From IMG/VR virus record IMGVR_UViG_3300030202_002165: DNA of 29,364 nucleotides; one strand, written 5' to 3'. A program made the position numbers and the translations under genes. The notes under the pieces were generated by a model. The model worked only from the letters and a program-made list of their open reading frames with translations, had not been told where the DNA came from and did not search any database. Shown piece by piece: positions 9,381-19,808 of the stretch (its first letter is position 1; every line of letters begins with the position of its first letter). The stretch comes from an uncultured virus (IMG/VR IMGVR_UViG_3300030202_002165). Its lineage: Duplodnaviria; Heunggongvirae; Uroviricota; Caudoviricetes.

Positions 9381-12148
9381 GTTTCACGAGATTTTGCTCT
9401 TAAATAAATTCTTAGTTCTTTCTCAAGTTCAGGTGACATGCCACACTTTCTGTTATGAAGAATTTCAAGTTCATCTAATAGCGGTTTAATTTCTTCTGCA
9501 AACTCAACTATATTATTATATTTAGCTAATAATTCTAAATCTGCAGCGCAGCCTTCTCCTATATCAGATAAAACAAATAATTCTTCAGATTTTTGTTGTA
9601 TTAAATCTGTATCATCACAAGTATTACAAAATTTTTGAAACTCAAATATTTTATCCATATGTTTAACTATCGCCGGAGCGTGTTTTTCTACATATTGGTA
9701 TTGAGTCTTGTCATAATGATTTTCTTTTAAATCTAAAAGTTCACAATAATCTTTTTGTAAGTTGTCATGTATACATCCTAAACCTTGCATAAATCTAAAG
9801 TCTCTTATTTTATCTAATTTAGATGCTGTATAAAATGTTGTTAATGATTTGTCCATAGTATATCCGTTATTATTAGTTAATTGTAAAAATATTTCATCAA
9901 TGTGTTTCACATTAGGGTTTTGCGTAATATGCTTAACCTTATTTTGACTCACACGAATAAGTTGAGGCGTATCCCAGTCTTTTTTACGCTTAGCTGCCCA
10001 ATCAGGATATTTGCCGCTGTAATTACTCATATATCTAATAGGTACATGTTCATACCAAAAGACAGGATAATTACGGCCTGCCATCTCGCCGTCATTAGCA
10101 TAATTAGGCGCATCAGGATAAACTTTATGAAAAGCTGGAGATATAAATCTTAGCATCATTGCAGCTACTTTCATCTTACCCTCATCTTCTTTAGTACAAT
10201 AATAAATTCGATTGGTGCTATTCATAAGATCTTTTGCTTTTGGCTCAATCTTTTCCATAGTCCACGGATCTTCGTTATTGTTGTTTTTACGTCTATCCCA
10301 TCTAACTGTATACGCAACCATACGTTTTTCTATTTCACGTCGCTCTGCTGGAGATAGATTACTAAATTTAGATTTTTCTGCAGCTTCAGCTTCTAGATCT
10401 TTACAATCAGATAGCCACTCTGCAGGAACTTCTATTTCATCGTAATTTTTATACCACTCAGATTGTTGAATAAATTTATGAATAGCAGCACGTTTAGCTG
10501 TAACTCTCATTTTTTCTTTTGAAAGTTTAAGCTGTACATCGCCAATAGTTTTAGCTATTTTTTCATCATATTTTTCATCTAAATCTTCTAATGTAAAAGT
10601 AGATACGTGATTTCTGTCATATGTATTTTCTAAATCTTCTTGTAATAAGTACATATCTTTATATTTACTCCAATCACCAGTTTTATAATAAAAATGTTTA
10701 GCATCAAATCCTTCCCAACCTTTTAATGGCTCTCTTTCTACTTTACTATTTATTTCTTGAGGACGCATTAATTTAAATCCTTCAAATAACTTAGTAGCAG
10801 GACCATATTTAATTCTAGGATCAGGCCCAAACTTAGGCTTGATGTCATCTTTATTAATTATACGAGCTATTTTATTTAGAACTGGATTTGAACTGCTATT
10901 ACCTGTAAGAATAGATCTACAAGCGTCAACCCACTTAAGAAAGTCAGTTTCTTTAAGTTCTTCTTGAACCATATCACTAGCTTCTTGTGCAGCCGCCATA
11001 ATTACACCTTTAATGTATTTCTTAGTAGCTTCATTCCATATAACTTTTTCACGAGACGGAGTAACATCTACACCCTCTTGTAATACAGTTTCTGTCCCAT
11101 CCTCATTAGTTATAACTTGACGTGTTGGGCATTTAAATGCAATAGAACCGTACATCTGCTCCATTTCTAATTCTTTAAAATCAATAAAACCATAATTAAT
11201 ACCAGTTGAAGCATTTTTATCTTTAACAAGTACAATGTGTGGTTTATTGAAATAATATGAATCAGAAACTATAAGGTTTTCAGAGTTAAATAAAACATCA
11301 GCTTTAAAGTCAACTTTTCTTTCATATCCTTCATCTTCATTATCGATAGTTTTAAAGTTTACATTATTAAAGTACATTAACTGCTCTTCAATAGCTTCTT
11401 CAAACTTATTACGATTGTGCCTCTTAACACCAAACGACACAGTAGTTCGATTCTTGCCATCATCTTCATTATCACCGCCATATAGCTCATAATATACTTT
11501 AGTACCATCACTAAACGTAATAAATGGATTAGGCTTACCTTCTTCTGCATTAAAAGAAGGTATAATAAAATCAGTTTTGTAATTATAACAATTACATTTA
11601 AATCTCATTCCATTATATATAGTTTCTATAGTATAAAAGTCTACACCTGTTGATAGTGCAGCTTTTGCACCAAGACCAAAGGCACCAAAATTTTCACTAG
11701 TATTTCTTTTCGTAGAATAACCTAGTTCCAATATACCTTCTAAACGTCTTGCGCCAATACCTACACCATAATCGGTAACTTTAAATATATCGCAATATCC
11801 AACACCTTCATTCTTTTCATATATTAGATCTATATGATTTTTATCACGGTTTAAATATCCAATACTATAATAATCTTTATTAAAATTACTATCTTCATAC
11901 TGATCGCCGTGGCGTTCAATATAGTAGTCTTCAACTTTCTTTTCTCCTAATATTATTTCTCTAGCCACTTCTTTCTCCCGTTGAGAGTCACATGCATTTG
12001 TAACTAACTCTCTAATTGTAGATTGAACTGGCATAGAATATTGTGTAGATTGAAGAATGTCAAATACCATCTTCTCAGCGCCTTTGTTAATTTTCTTAGC
12101 TATGCCGGCGCTACCTTGCATAGGCTTATCAATTGTTTTGATACTCAT
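9368..12148 (-). CDS. rIIA: rIIA-like protein with N-terminal GHKL ATPase
   Basis: IRELVTNACDS (N box), DYGVGI (G1), YSTKR...GAFGLGAKA (G2), DVTPSRE. Confidence 0.85.
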   Translation of the reverse strand: MSIKTIDKPMQGSAGIAKKINKGAEKMVFDILQSTQYSMPVQSTIRELVTNACDSQREKEVAREIILGEKKVEDYYIERHGDQYEDSNFNKDYYSIGYLNRDKNHIDLIYEKNEGVGYCDIFKVTDYGVGIGARRLEGILELGYSTKRNTSENFGAFGLGAKAALSTGVDFYTIETIYNGMRFKCNCYNYKTDFIIPSFNAEEGKPNPFITFSDGTKVYYELYGGDNEDDGKNRTTVSFGVKRHNRNKFEEAIEEQLMYFNNVNFKTIDNEDEGYERKVDFKADVLFNSENLIVSDSYYFNKPHIVLVKDKNASTGINYGFIDFKELEMEQMYGSIAFKCPTRQVITNEDGTETVLQEGVDVTPSREKVIWNEATKKYIKGVIMAAAQEASDMVQEELKETDFLKWVDACRSILTGNSSSNPVLNKIARIINKDDIKPKFGPDPRIKYGPATKLFEGFKLMRPQEINSKVEREPLKGWEGFDAKHFYYKTGDWSKYKDMYLLQEDLENTYDRNHVSTFTLEDLDEKYDEKIAKTIGDVQLKLSKEKMRVTAKRAAIHKFIQQSEWYKNYDEIEVPAEWLSDCKDLEAEAAEKSKFSNLSPAERREIEKRMVAYTVRWDRRKNNNNEDPWTMEKIEPKAKDLMNSTNRIYYCTKEDEGKMKVAAMMLRFISPAFHKVYPDAPNYANDGEMAGRNYPVFWYEHVPIRYMSNYSGKYPDWAAKRKKDWDTPQLIRVSQNKVKHITQNPNVKHIDEIFLQLTNNNGYTMDKSLTTFYTASKLDKIRDFRFMQGLGCIHDNLQKDYCELLDLKENHYDKTQYQYVEKHAPAIVKHMDKIFEFQKFCNTCDDTDLIQQKSEELFVLSDIGEGCAADLELLAKYNNIVEFAEEIKPLLDELEILHNRKCGMSPELEKELRIYLRAKSRETWDS

Positions 12149-12168
12149 AAATAAAATGTTTAATTGGT

Positions 12169-12366
12169 TTATAATCCTAGACGTGCATCATCCATCCTAT
12201 CTTCTAGATATGATTCTCTCATACGTTCTTGAAATTCATAATCTTCTAACGGTTCTGGAAACTCTTCTTTGCACTTAGGGTTCTCACATATATAGACCTC
12301 ATAACCTTCATGGTCTATAGTTTCGCTGTATTCATAGCCACAGCAAGGGCTTACTAAATAAGTCAT
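12169..12366 (-). CDS. Small Zn-ribbon-like protein
   Basis: SPCCG...YICENPKC; preceded by the AACCAATTAAA motif. Confidence 0.7.
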   Translation of the reverse strand: MTYLVSPCCGYEYSETIDHEGYEVYICENPKCKEEFPEPLEDYEFQERMRESYLEDRMDDARLGL

Positions 12367-12386
12367 AATTTAATGTTTAATTGGTT

Positions 12387-12453
12387 AAAAAAGGAAGGGC
12401 CCAATCAGTGCGTTGCTTTATCTGACCTTAGTTAACACGCGTGGGCCCAACCT
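12387..12453 (-). terminator. Large stem-loop followed by a U-tract
   Basis: On minus: AGG-UU-GGGCCCA...UGGGCCC-UU-CCU then a U run, with an inner GCGU/ACGC helix. Confidence 0.55.
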
Positions 12454-12456
12454 ATA

Positions 12457-12903
12457 TTAAAGTTGTTTGATTAGATCAACAACCTCATCTACTTGTTTCT
12501 TATTCCTTGGCATAAATAAGACATAGTGATGATTGTTATCTTTGAGATGTTTTTTAAACAGTTTCCACCTCAACGGAAATGATTCATTAGCATATCCTTT
12601 AGTTTCTATTATGAATTTACCATTCGGATCTACAAAATCAGGTGTGTAAGTAATTGGTCGTATCTTACTACCTTTATTATATAGTTTCTTTTGAGTTCCT
12701 TCATAACAAGCTTGAGGATATACTAATCCATTAAATATAGTGAATGTATTTTCTTCATATTCCACTAATATTTCTGCTTCTTCTAATTGTTTATAGCAGT
12801 AAAGTTCTAAATTCGATTGAAAATTTTTACCATCGTAACTACTTTTCTTAGCATTTTTAACTTTAGTTCTTCCAGGTTTCTTAGCTCTTCTTTTCCACGC
12901 CAT
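12457..12903 (-). CDS. PD-(D/E)XK endonuclease, T7 endonuclease I/DUF1064-like (putative Holliday junction resolvase)
   Basis: FQSNLE...YE...YTPDF...IIETKG. Confidence 0.8.
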   Translation of the reverse strand: MAWKRRAKKPGRTKVKNAKKSSYDGKNFQSNLELYCYKQLEEAEILVEYEENTFTIFNGLVYPQACYEGTQKKLYNKGSKIRPITYTPDFVDPNGKFIIETKGYANESFPLRWKLFKKHLKDNNHHYVLFMPRNKKQVDEVVDLIKQL

Positions 12904-14050
12904 AATTCATGATATTAGTTTGGAGGTACCCTTCCAGACCTCTATTCTTATTCCAGATATATGCTTGACCACATCTAAGTGTTCCAACATAGCCTTGTGT
13001 TTTATGCCACGTGTCGTTAGCGCAGATAGATGGTATAAATCTAACTTTAGTTCCCATGTATTCATTTAGCATTTCTTTATGCTTATGCCCACAATGTACT
13101 TCTCTAACTTTACATCTACTCCACATTTCCGGCTGTTCAGTAGCAATTAATAGAGGAAGCTCTGCAGCTTTCTCTTTATCACCGTGTGTGAACATAATCA
13201 TATTAGTACCATATTCATAATATTTACGTGACTCTAGACTATTGTCTACAGTTACATTTTTATTATTATGATATAAAGCATCTAATACTTCACCAACATA
13301 AAACATACGCTCAAAGTCATGATTACCTTGTATAACTACTACATCTACTGGAGCAAACTCTGCTAAATAGTCAATTGCTTTTGTAACTAAATGCCAATAA
13401 CCTCTAAAAGATTGACGCCAACGCATACTATCTTGTTGAGGTGTTCCTTTAGTGGTAGCTCTACTCATACCTTCAGAATTAAGTCCATCATTACCTACAG
13501 GTAAAAGAAACCTTTCAATTTCTAAACCATCAGCTTTTCTATGTAAATCTTGAATAGCTTGTAAATAATTCTTTTCTAATGTTTCTGGAGATTCGTCAGT
13601 AATTTTACCATAATGTATATCTGGTAAAGATATTTCATAGCAAATAGGATCGTTAGGCTTTTTATACTTAAGCTTTGGAACTTTAGCAGATCTACTCTTA
13701 ATATAATTTAGCAACTCATCTTTAACTTGTGGCTGTTCATGCCATTGATTGTGTGTTACTATACTATACCTTTGTTCACCATTAAAGTTTTGCCAAAACT
13801 TAACAGACTTTACATCAGCCATAGTTAAGCCATTATCTAATAGATGCTTAGAAAATGCCTGACTTTGACTCAACTCGTGACCATTGTCGTTATTCATTCT
13901 CTCTTGTACCCACTCTTCAGAGGTTACAATTTTCTTACAATCTCTAATAATAGATACATCTATGTCCCATTTGTCTGCTAACCACTGCGCTCCTTTTTTT
14001 AAAAATCCTGGACGTGTTCTAAATTTTTCGATTAACTCTTCTCTGTTCAT
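12881..14050 (-). CDS. Calcineurin-like metallophosphoesterase
   Basis: PDIHYG, GND, GNHD, THGD, CGHKH motifs. Confidence 0.85.
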   Translation of the reverse strand: MNREELIEKFRTRPGFLKKGAQWLADKWDIDVSIIRDCKKIVTSEEWVQERMNNDNGHELSQSQAFSKHLLDNGLTMADVKSVKFWQNFNGEQRYSIVTHNQWHEQPQVKDELLNYIKSRSAKVPKLKYKKPNDPICYEISLPDIHYGKITDESPETLEKNYLQAIQDLHRKADGLEIERFLLPVGNDGLNSEGMSRATTKGTPQQDSMRWRQSFRGYWHLVTKAIDYLAEFAPVDVVVIQGNHDFERMFYVGEVLDALYHNNKNVTVDNSLESRKYYEYGTNMIMFTHGDKEKAAELPLLIATEQPEMWSRCKVREVHCGHKHKEMLNEYMGTKVRFIPSICANDTWHKTQGYVGTLRCGQAYIWNKNRGLEGYLQTNIMNYGVEKKS

Positions 14051-15035
14051 TTAATATGTTTTTAAGTTCATTAAAATTACCTACCTTATGGATTAAATCT
14101 GATGGATCTTTTGATTTAAATTCATTAGGTATGTAAATGTTATTAAAGCCATATAAGTCACAAATTTTCTTAGCCATAGTTTGACCTGGGTTACTTTCCT
14201 TGTCAAAATCATTATCATATAAAATGTCTATTGTGTTGAATCGATCTTTTAGCTCACTTATTAATGTCTCATCAGGCATCTGCATTTCACTTTGCATAGC
14301 TATCGAATGATACCCTGCAGTATGTAAACATATGACATCTTTTAGAGAAGAAGTAATGATAAGTCTCTCACCTTTATTCGGGAGTTGGTTATAACCTTGT
14401 ATATCGGTTTTTCTTGTATTACTTAACCACTTATTTTTATCTTCGTAAGGAGAATAGATTTTATATCGGTTTTTAAATTTAAAGGCATAAGTAATTGATT
14501 TACAAGTAAATCTGTTACCATTAACCCAAAAATGACTTATTGGTTCGACAGCAAACATAGATAAAATTTTCTGAGTTACCAAATATTTAGACCAAAAATT
14601 GACATCTTCGGTGTTCCATTTGCGACGTCTTTTTTGTATAAATACTGGAGGTTTAGAATAAATTGGAGCTTGTTGTCTATAGCCCATTACTCCCATAGTA
14701 AATTGTATCTTTTCATCTTTAGGGCTTAAATTTAAATTAAAATCATTATCGATTACTCTTAATGCTTCTATAAATGTACAACTGTATTTATATTTAATAT
14801 AGTTAAAACAATCGAATGTATGATCTGAATGCCCAAAATCTTTATATAACAACTTACCATTATAAGGAATAATAGATACAGTAGGAGATTTATCTGTCCT
14901 TAAATCGCTTAGAAATTTTTTACCTAATTCTTTAAAGTTAGAACAGTAATACACAAAAATGTCATACTCAGTAATTTTACTAAGTATGACACTTGTGTGT
15001 AAACGATCATCACTGCTTCTGCAGTCAATCACCAT
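14019..15035 (-). CDS. DNA primase (TOPRIM, crAss-like)
   Basis: SDLRTDKSPT..KDFG N-terminal domain; ITSSLKD, YDND and KDPSD TOPRIM motifs. Confidence 0.85.
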   Translation of the reverse strand: MVIDCRSSDDRLHTSVILSKITEYDIFVYYCSNFKELGKKFLSDLRTDKSPTVSIIPYNGKLLYKDFGHSDHTFDCFNYIKYKYSCTFIEALRVIDNDFNLNLSPKDEKIQFTMGVMGYRQQAPIYSKPPVFIQKRRRKWNTEDVNFWSKYLVTQKILSMFAVEPISHFWVNGNRFTCKSITYAFKFKNRYKIYSPYEDKNKWLSNTRKTDIQGYNQLPNKGERLIITSSLKDVICLHTAGYHSIAMQSEMQMPDETLISELKDRFNTIDILYDNDFDKESNPGQTMAKKICDLYGFNNIYIPNEFKSKDPSDLIHKVGNFNELKNILNEQRRVNRKI

Positions 15036-15832
15036 TAGAAAGGATCGTCGCCTGCTACATCTGCAGTAACTGCTTCTTTTGTTTCTCCTTGTGGAGCATC
15101 AGGAAATTCCCAATCATCTCCGTCTTCAGTATCAGGAGTAACTAAGTTTGCAGTAGGATTATGAACTCCCCACTTTAAATCTGCATTAAAGTCTGCATTA
15201 AATGAACCATATTCTTTATTTAACTCATTAATAAAGTAATCTGTACGATTAATGCTAGTTTTACCAAAATATTTAGTATATACGCTTTGATATTTATTAT
15301 CTTTAACGCCTACTAGTACTTTAATCTGATTAGTTGCTAATGCAGTTACATAAGTTCTTAATTCTGTTACATTACCTTGTGATAGTAAATCAATACTATC
15401 TAAAGTTACTTCTCCGCCTCTAAGAACATTAGCCCATGCAATCATAAATTTAATTAAAGTTTCCTCACCAACATAAGCTTTACGCTGTCCATCGGCTTTG
15501 AACCAGTCATAAGTAGGTTCTGCTTCAGACCAGCATGTAATTCCAAATTGATTTATCCATTGAAATTTACCGCTTTGTGAAACTCTGTGTTTAGGTTGCA
15601 TTAATATCTCAGCTTTTACTTTAGTATCTGCATTACCTAGCCAGAAAACAATCTTTTTATATTGCTCTCCGCTAAATTCAACATCATAACTAGGTTCTGA
15701 TTTAGCATTAATATCCATAGCATTTAATTCTGCTAATGTTGGATTAATTGCTAAAACTTTCATGTTTGTGATTCCAGAGTATAGTTCCATTCCTACCTCT
15801 GCCACATCACTAGGGTTGCTTTGTATAGCCAT
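15035..15832 (-). CDS. Putative single-stranded DNA-binding protein
   Basis: Acidic tail ending in DDPF; lies between the Sak4-like ATPase and primase. Confidence 0.6.
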   Translation of the reverse strand: MAIQSNPSDVAEVGMELYSGITNMKVLAINPTLAELNAMDINAKSEPSYDVEFSGEQYKKIVFWLGNADTKVKAEILMQPKHRVSQSGKFQWINQFGITCWSEAEPTYDWFKADGQRKAYVGEETLIKFMIAWANVLRGGEVTLDSIDLLSQGNVTELRTYVTALATNQIKVLVGVKDNKYQSVYTKYFGKTSINRTDYFINELNKEYGSFNADFNADLKWGVHNPTANLVTPDTEDGDDWEFPDAPQGETKEAVTADVAGDDPF

Positions 15833-15844
15833 CTTTTATTTATT

Positions 15845-16168
15845 TTATTGGTTATTAAATTCATTTATTTCTTCAAAATCTATATCAGTATCAATAGCAT
15901 CAGGGATGCTAGTTTGATTAGGATTCACACCAGATGTATTATCTACAATCTCAAATGGTAATTTTCTAATTTTCTTAGCTTTCTTACCTTTTAGTTCAGG
16001 ATGTTTAAATAGCTCTGACACCATCCAAGACTCAAGATTATACTTCTCTTTGATTCCATCTCTATTTATACCATTGTCTAAATCTTCTATGATTTGAGAC
16101 GTAGTAATTTTTGCTGGCCTCTCTTGTTTTACAACCTGACCAGTGGTTGGCAAATTTGCTTCTATCAT
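15845..16168 (-). CDS. Hypothetical protein, possible HTH
   Basis: IIEDLDNGINRDGIKEKYNLESWMVSELF is HTH-like; acidic C-terminus. Confidence 0.65.
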   Translation of the reverse strand: MIEANLPTTGQVVKQERPAKITTSQIIEDLDNGINRDGIKEKYNLESWMVSELFKHPELKGKKAKKIRKLPFEIVDNTSGVNPNQTSIPDAIDTDIDFEEINEFNNQ

Positions 16169-16186
16169 TTTTTAATATTTAATTGG

Positions 16187-16885
16187 TTAATCGATAAAAA
16201 TCTCTGACCATTTCAGAGGCATGGTCTGCCCTTTTAAATGTGCGCATCTAGATCCTGCAGTTATATCGTCTAGAGAATCAAATGAAACCATAGTTTCTTC
16301 TCCTTCTCTATAAATATAACCAACAGCATCTGCATTAGCGCAGGTAATCTGCTTAATCTTACCAGTTAAATCAAGGTCCTTAACAGCAACCTCTTTTCCT
16401 TTCTTTTCAAGCATCTTATCCTTCAGGTGTCCAACTAAGATAATATGATCCGCTAGTTTATTCAATTTATCTATCCATTCTTTGTAGGCCATTCTTAAAT
16501 ATAAGTAGCCAGCGCCATTAGGCAGTGATAGTACTGATGCACCAGGGTTCTTTTGATCAAAGTTTTTACCCATAGGAGTTTTCATATAAATATGTTTAGC
16601 ATATGACTCACACATCTCTTCTAACTTAGATATAGTGTCAATTGCTATATATTTATATGGTCTTCCTTCTTTTATAATTGCTGTCCCTACAGCTTGGAGT
16701 TCTTTTAGACTATTAGCTTTCACTTTTAAAGCGTCAACCATGTCTGAACCGTCTTCCAAATCTATAATTAAACAATCATCAAGCTGTGATAATACCGTAG
16801 TCTTGCCTATTTTAGGTGGACCATATATTATCATATTCTTAGGCGATTTACGGCTCGCCTTAACCTTTTCTGTTGGTAACTTCAT
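16187..16885 (-). CDS. AAA_24/Sak4-like P-loop ATPase (putative recombinase)
   Basis: YGPPKIGKTT Walker A, IDLEDG, IAIDTIS Walker B, ILVGH, ADAVGY. Confidence 0.85.
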   Translation of the reverse strand: MKLPTEKVKASRKSPKNMIIYGPPKIGKTTVLSQLDDCLIIDLEDGSDMVDALKVKANSLKELQAVGTAIIKEGRPYKYIAIDTISKLEEMCESYAKHIYMKTPMGKNFDQKNPGASVLSLPNGAGYLYLRMAYKEWIDKLNKLADHIILVGHLKDKMLEKKGKEVAVKDLDLTGKIKQITCANADAVGYIYREGEETMVSFDSLDDITAGSRCAHLKGQTMPLKWSEIFID

Positions 16886-17096
16886 AAAGTTCTATATCTT
16901 TAAAATTAATATTATGTTTTTCCATTAGCTCTTTTCTTTTAGCTTTTAAATCTTTCTTACGAGCTCTTGGCGCCTTAAACATATCTAATGGAGACTGTAA
17001 ACCGTCTGAGTCTCCCATTATGTTAATTGTTCTAGTTAGCTCGGAACAAATGTATGTAGCTAATTCTGTTCTAGTTTTAAATTCTCCGTATTTCAT
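16860..17096 (-). CDS. Hypothetical protein (78 aa)
   Basis: ATGA-coupled to the DnaB stop and overlaps the next gene. Confidence 0.6.
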   Translation of the reverse strand: MKYGEFKTRTELATYICSELTRTINIMGDSDGLQSPLDMFKAPRARKKDLKAKRKELMEKHNINFKDIELYEVTNRKG

Positions 17097-18043
17097 TTTG
17101 TTCTTTCTTTAATTGTAAATGTTGACATTTCAGCTTCATAAGGTATCATACCTAATAAGCCATCTCTATTTTTCTCTACATGACATGCTAGTAATCCTAG
17201 TGGATCCTCTTGACAATATGTATCTGTGATACCATATAAATCATGAGGTCTTTGTAGCATTATAACAACATGTGCATCCTGGCCAATACTATCACCACCA
17301 AATAAATCCGTAAGTAATGGCTGGTATTGCGCTTTAGCTCTATGTTCCTGTTCTATATTTCTATTCAATTGAGATAATAATATATTAATACAACCCATTG
17401 TTGATTGCATCCACATACATCCTTTACTAACCTCATTTAACTTAAGTAACTCTTTATCCTTATCACTTAATATAAGTCTAGAGTGGTCAAAAACATTCAC
17501 TATAGTCTTATCAGGATACTTTTGTGTTATCTCTGTATTAGCTTCTTTTATGAATTCCATATCTCTAGGAACATTATTAAAATGGACCGGATAATTAGCA
17601 TACTTCATTACTTCTTTCTTGAAATGATTATATGCATCATTATCTAATCTATTTGTAACTGATAATAAATCTCCTACCTGTTTACCTGAACCTTTTGATC
17701 CTGCACGTAGTATCTGTTGATACCCGGGCATCTCAAAGCTCCAGTATAAAATCATTAGTTTATTCTTATCATTAGCATCTAATAAATCAAATATCAATTG
17801 ATTACTAAATGCTGATTTACCTACACCCGGTCGTCCTGCAATTACATACATTTTACCTGGTTGTAATCCGCCTAGCAAATTCTTATTTAGTCTAGGCCAT
17901 TTTGTTGGAAACACAAGTCTTTTACCCGTCATACCATTGACTACCTGGTGTAACGACGCAGATATGGCTTTGTTTATACTCTTAAAGCCTCTTTTCTTAA
18001 AGGGATCTTGTGATTCTTGGTTTGTTTTTGTTTTCTGTTGCAT
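17093..18043 (-). CDS. dnaB: DnaB-like replicative helicase (RecA-type C-terminal domain)
   Basis: AGRPGVGKS, SFEM, VFDH, LSQLNR, IGQDAHVV, EKNRDG. Confidence 0.9.
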   Translation of the reverse strand: MQQKTKTNQESQDPFKKRGFKSINKAISASLHQVVNGMTGKRLVFPTKWPRLNKNLLGGLQPGKMYVIAGRPGVGKSAFSNQLIFDLLDANDKNKLMILYWSFEMPGYQQILRAGSKGSGKQVGDLLSVTNRLDNDAYNHFKKEVMKYANYPVHFNNVPRDMEFIKEANTEITQKYPDKTIVNVFDHSRLILSDKDKELLKLNEVSKGCMWMQSTMGCINILLSQLNRNIEQEHRAKAQYQPLLTDLFGGDSIGQDAHVVIMLQRPHDLYGITDTYCQEDPLGLLACHVEKNRDGLLGMIPYEAEMSTFTIKERTK

Positions 18044-18548
18044 AATCGTTTAAGTTTTCATACTTTTCCCAAGTATAGTTATTAATCCAAACCTCTAGAT
18101 TTTGTAAAAATCCGAGATCTTCTTTATTTACTAGCAATTGTCTATCTAAACATTGCATAATATGTCTGTGCAATACAGGCTTATTATTAACAATTTTTCT
18201 ATACCTATTTCTAGCTTTATCATTAGACTTTGCCTTGGGATCGATGGCATGCAACACTCTTACTCCTCTGCTGGATGTAACTTTCCAGGGATATTTAGTT
18301 ACCAAATCTGTAAACATTTGATCGAAATTAGATACAAAGAGATTAATGAAGTTTTGAGTAACTCGCTGAGTCTCAACACTATCACCCGCCTCTAAGTATC
18401 CATTTTCTATCAATTCGTCTATATTTGGTTTTAAATTGAGGATGTTTAAATAATTAAATCCTTTTCTATATATTAGGTACAGATACATATAGTCGTCAGC
18501 ACTCATCTTTGTTTCTTTAAGTACTTCGAAATCTATCTCTAACATCAT
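17997..18548 (-). CDS. Putative replication initiator/helicase loader
   Basis: Directly upstream of and overlapping dnaB. YP..K...Y and FLQNLEVWINNYTWE resemble phage replication-initiator C-terminal domains. Confidence 0.5.
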   Translation of the reverse strand: MMLEIDFEVLKETKMSADDYMYLYLIYRKGFNYLNILNLKPNIDELIENGYLEAGDSVETQRVTQNFINLFVSNFDQMFTDLVTKYPWKVTSSRGVRVLHAIDPKAKSNDKARNRYRKIVNNKPVLHRHIMQCLDRQLLVNKEDLGFLQNLEVWINNYTWEKYENLNDYATENKNKPRITRSL

Positions 18549-18588
18549 AATATAAAAGAATTTTGTATAGTTAAACGGAACATTGATA

Positions 18589-18596
18589 CAAATATA
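18589..18596 (-). promoter_or_regulatory. Possible Bacteroidota sigma70 -7 element
   Basis: TATATTTG (TAnnTTTG) on minus, 40 nt upstream of the 18548 start; no clear -33 TTTG. Confidence 0.4.
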
Positions 18597-18635
18597 ATCA
18601 TTTTTTTCATAATAAAAAATTTATTTAATTAATTT

Positions 18636-19808
18636 TTATAACCATTTTACGCCCTTCAAATCACGCACTGAATTTCTTAGCCATTTTTCTTCTTGAGAAT
18701 CTTTAACATATAAGATATATATCTTACCTATTTTATTCTCTTCAAATCTAATTAGCCTACCTATTCTTTGGATCATTGACAAAGCTTTAGAAGTTAATCC
18801 ACATATTATACCTACATTAGCACTAGGAATATCAAATCCCTGGTTCAATGCTTTTGTTGAGCATAATACATTAACCTCTCCTTCTTTAAATCGTCTCAAA
18901 GCTTCTCTTCTCTGTTTTAATGTTCTTTTACTATGATATACTTCTGCTAAAGGTTCAACACTTTCTGCCAATTTACTGGTAAAAGCATTTAAACCTCCAA
19001 AAGTTATTATCTTATTATCTAAATTCTTATTTACTAACTCTTTAAATTTCTCTATCTTAGCATAAGCTTGATCTACAATAGCTTTTCTTTCTCTTATAGT
19101 TTTATAAAATCCTGCAGCATGATACTTTTCTTCTGATGAGGCTTGTGGACTTTTAATAAATACTTTAGCCAAACTAAATGCATCTGGCCCTAGTGCTACT
19201 TTATGTTCAACAAACTCTCTTTGAATATCATCATATTCTAATTTCTCTCCAAATGTTAATTCAAGAGGTATACAATATATCTCATAAGGAGACACCAAAT
19301 TCATTGCTACACATTGATCCAGTGTTATTTCATATACTTTAGGAGCTATTTTTAATAGTTCTATCTTATGGTAAACATCTTCAGGCCAGGTAGCAGTCAT
19401 TGCAAGGATAGAAGTATAATGATTATTCTTAAAGAATTTAATATATTCTCTGCTTAGCCCTAGATGGACCTCATCACACACTACTAGCGCATACTTCTCA
19501 TTTTGTAGTTTATAAGCACTCTGGTAACATATAATTTCTACTCTATCTAAATAACTAGCACAACCCCACTTGTGAAACTCTTCAGCAAACTGTTCTTGTA
19601 ATTGTATAGTAGGAACTAAAATGGCAGCCTTTGAATCAGCAATACGATCTAGTACATGCTTACATGCTAGTACACCACATCTTGACTTACCAAAGCCAGT
19701 ACCTGCAATTATACTACCAACATAATTATTACGTGCCCAAGCATTTAATGCTTTACGCTGTTGTTTATTCTTCTCTTCATTTATATTATTTCTTCCCATA
19801 ATCCCCAT
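18636..19808 (-). CDS. Superfamily 2 helicase (DExH, XPB/ResIII-like)
   Basis: AGTGFGKS, DEVH, TAT, QGFDIP, QRIGR. Confidence 0.9.
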   Translation of the reverse strand: MGIMGRNNINEEKNKQQRKALNAWARNNYVGSIIAGTGFGKSRCGVLACKHVLDRIADSKAAILVPTIQLQEQFAEEFHKWGCASYLDRVEIICYQSAYKLQNEKYALVVCDEVHLGLSREYIKFFKNNHYTSILAMTATWPEDVYHKIELLKIAPKVYEITLDQCVAMNLVSPYEIYCIPLELTFGEKLEYDDIQREFVEHKVALGPDAFSLAKVFIKSPQASSEEKYHAAGFYKTIRERKAIVDQAYAKIEKFKELVNKNLDNKIITFGGLNAFTSKLAESVEPLAEVYHSKRTLKQRREALRRFKEGEVNVLCSTKALNQGFDIPSANVGIICGLTSKALSMIQRIGRLIRFEENKIGKIYILYVKDSQEEKWLRNSVRDLKGVKWL

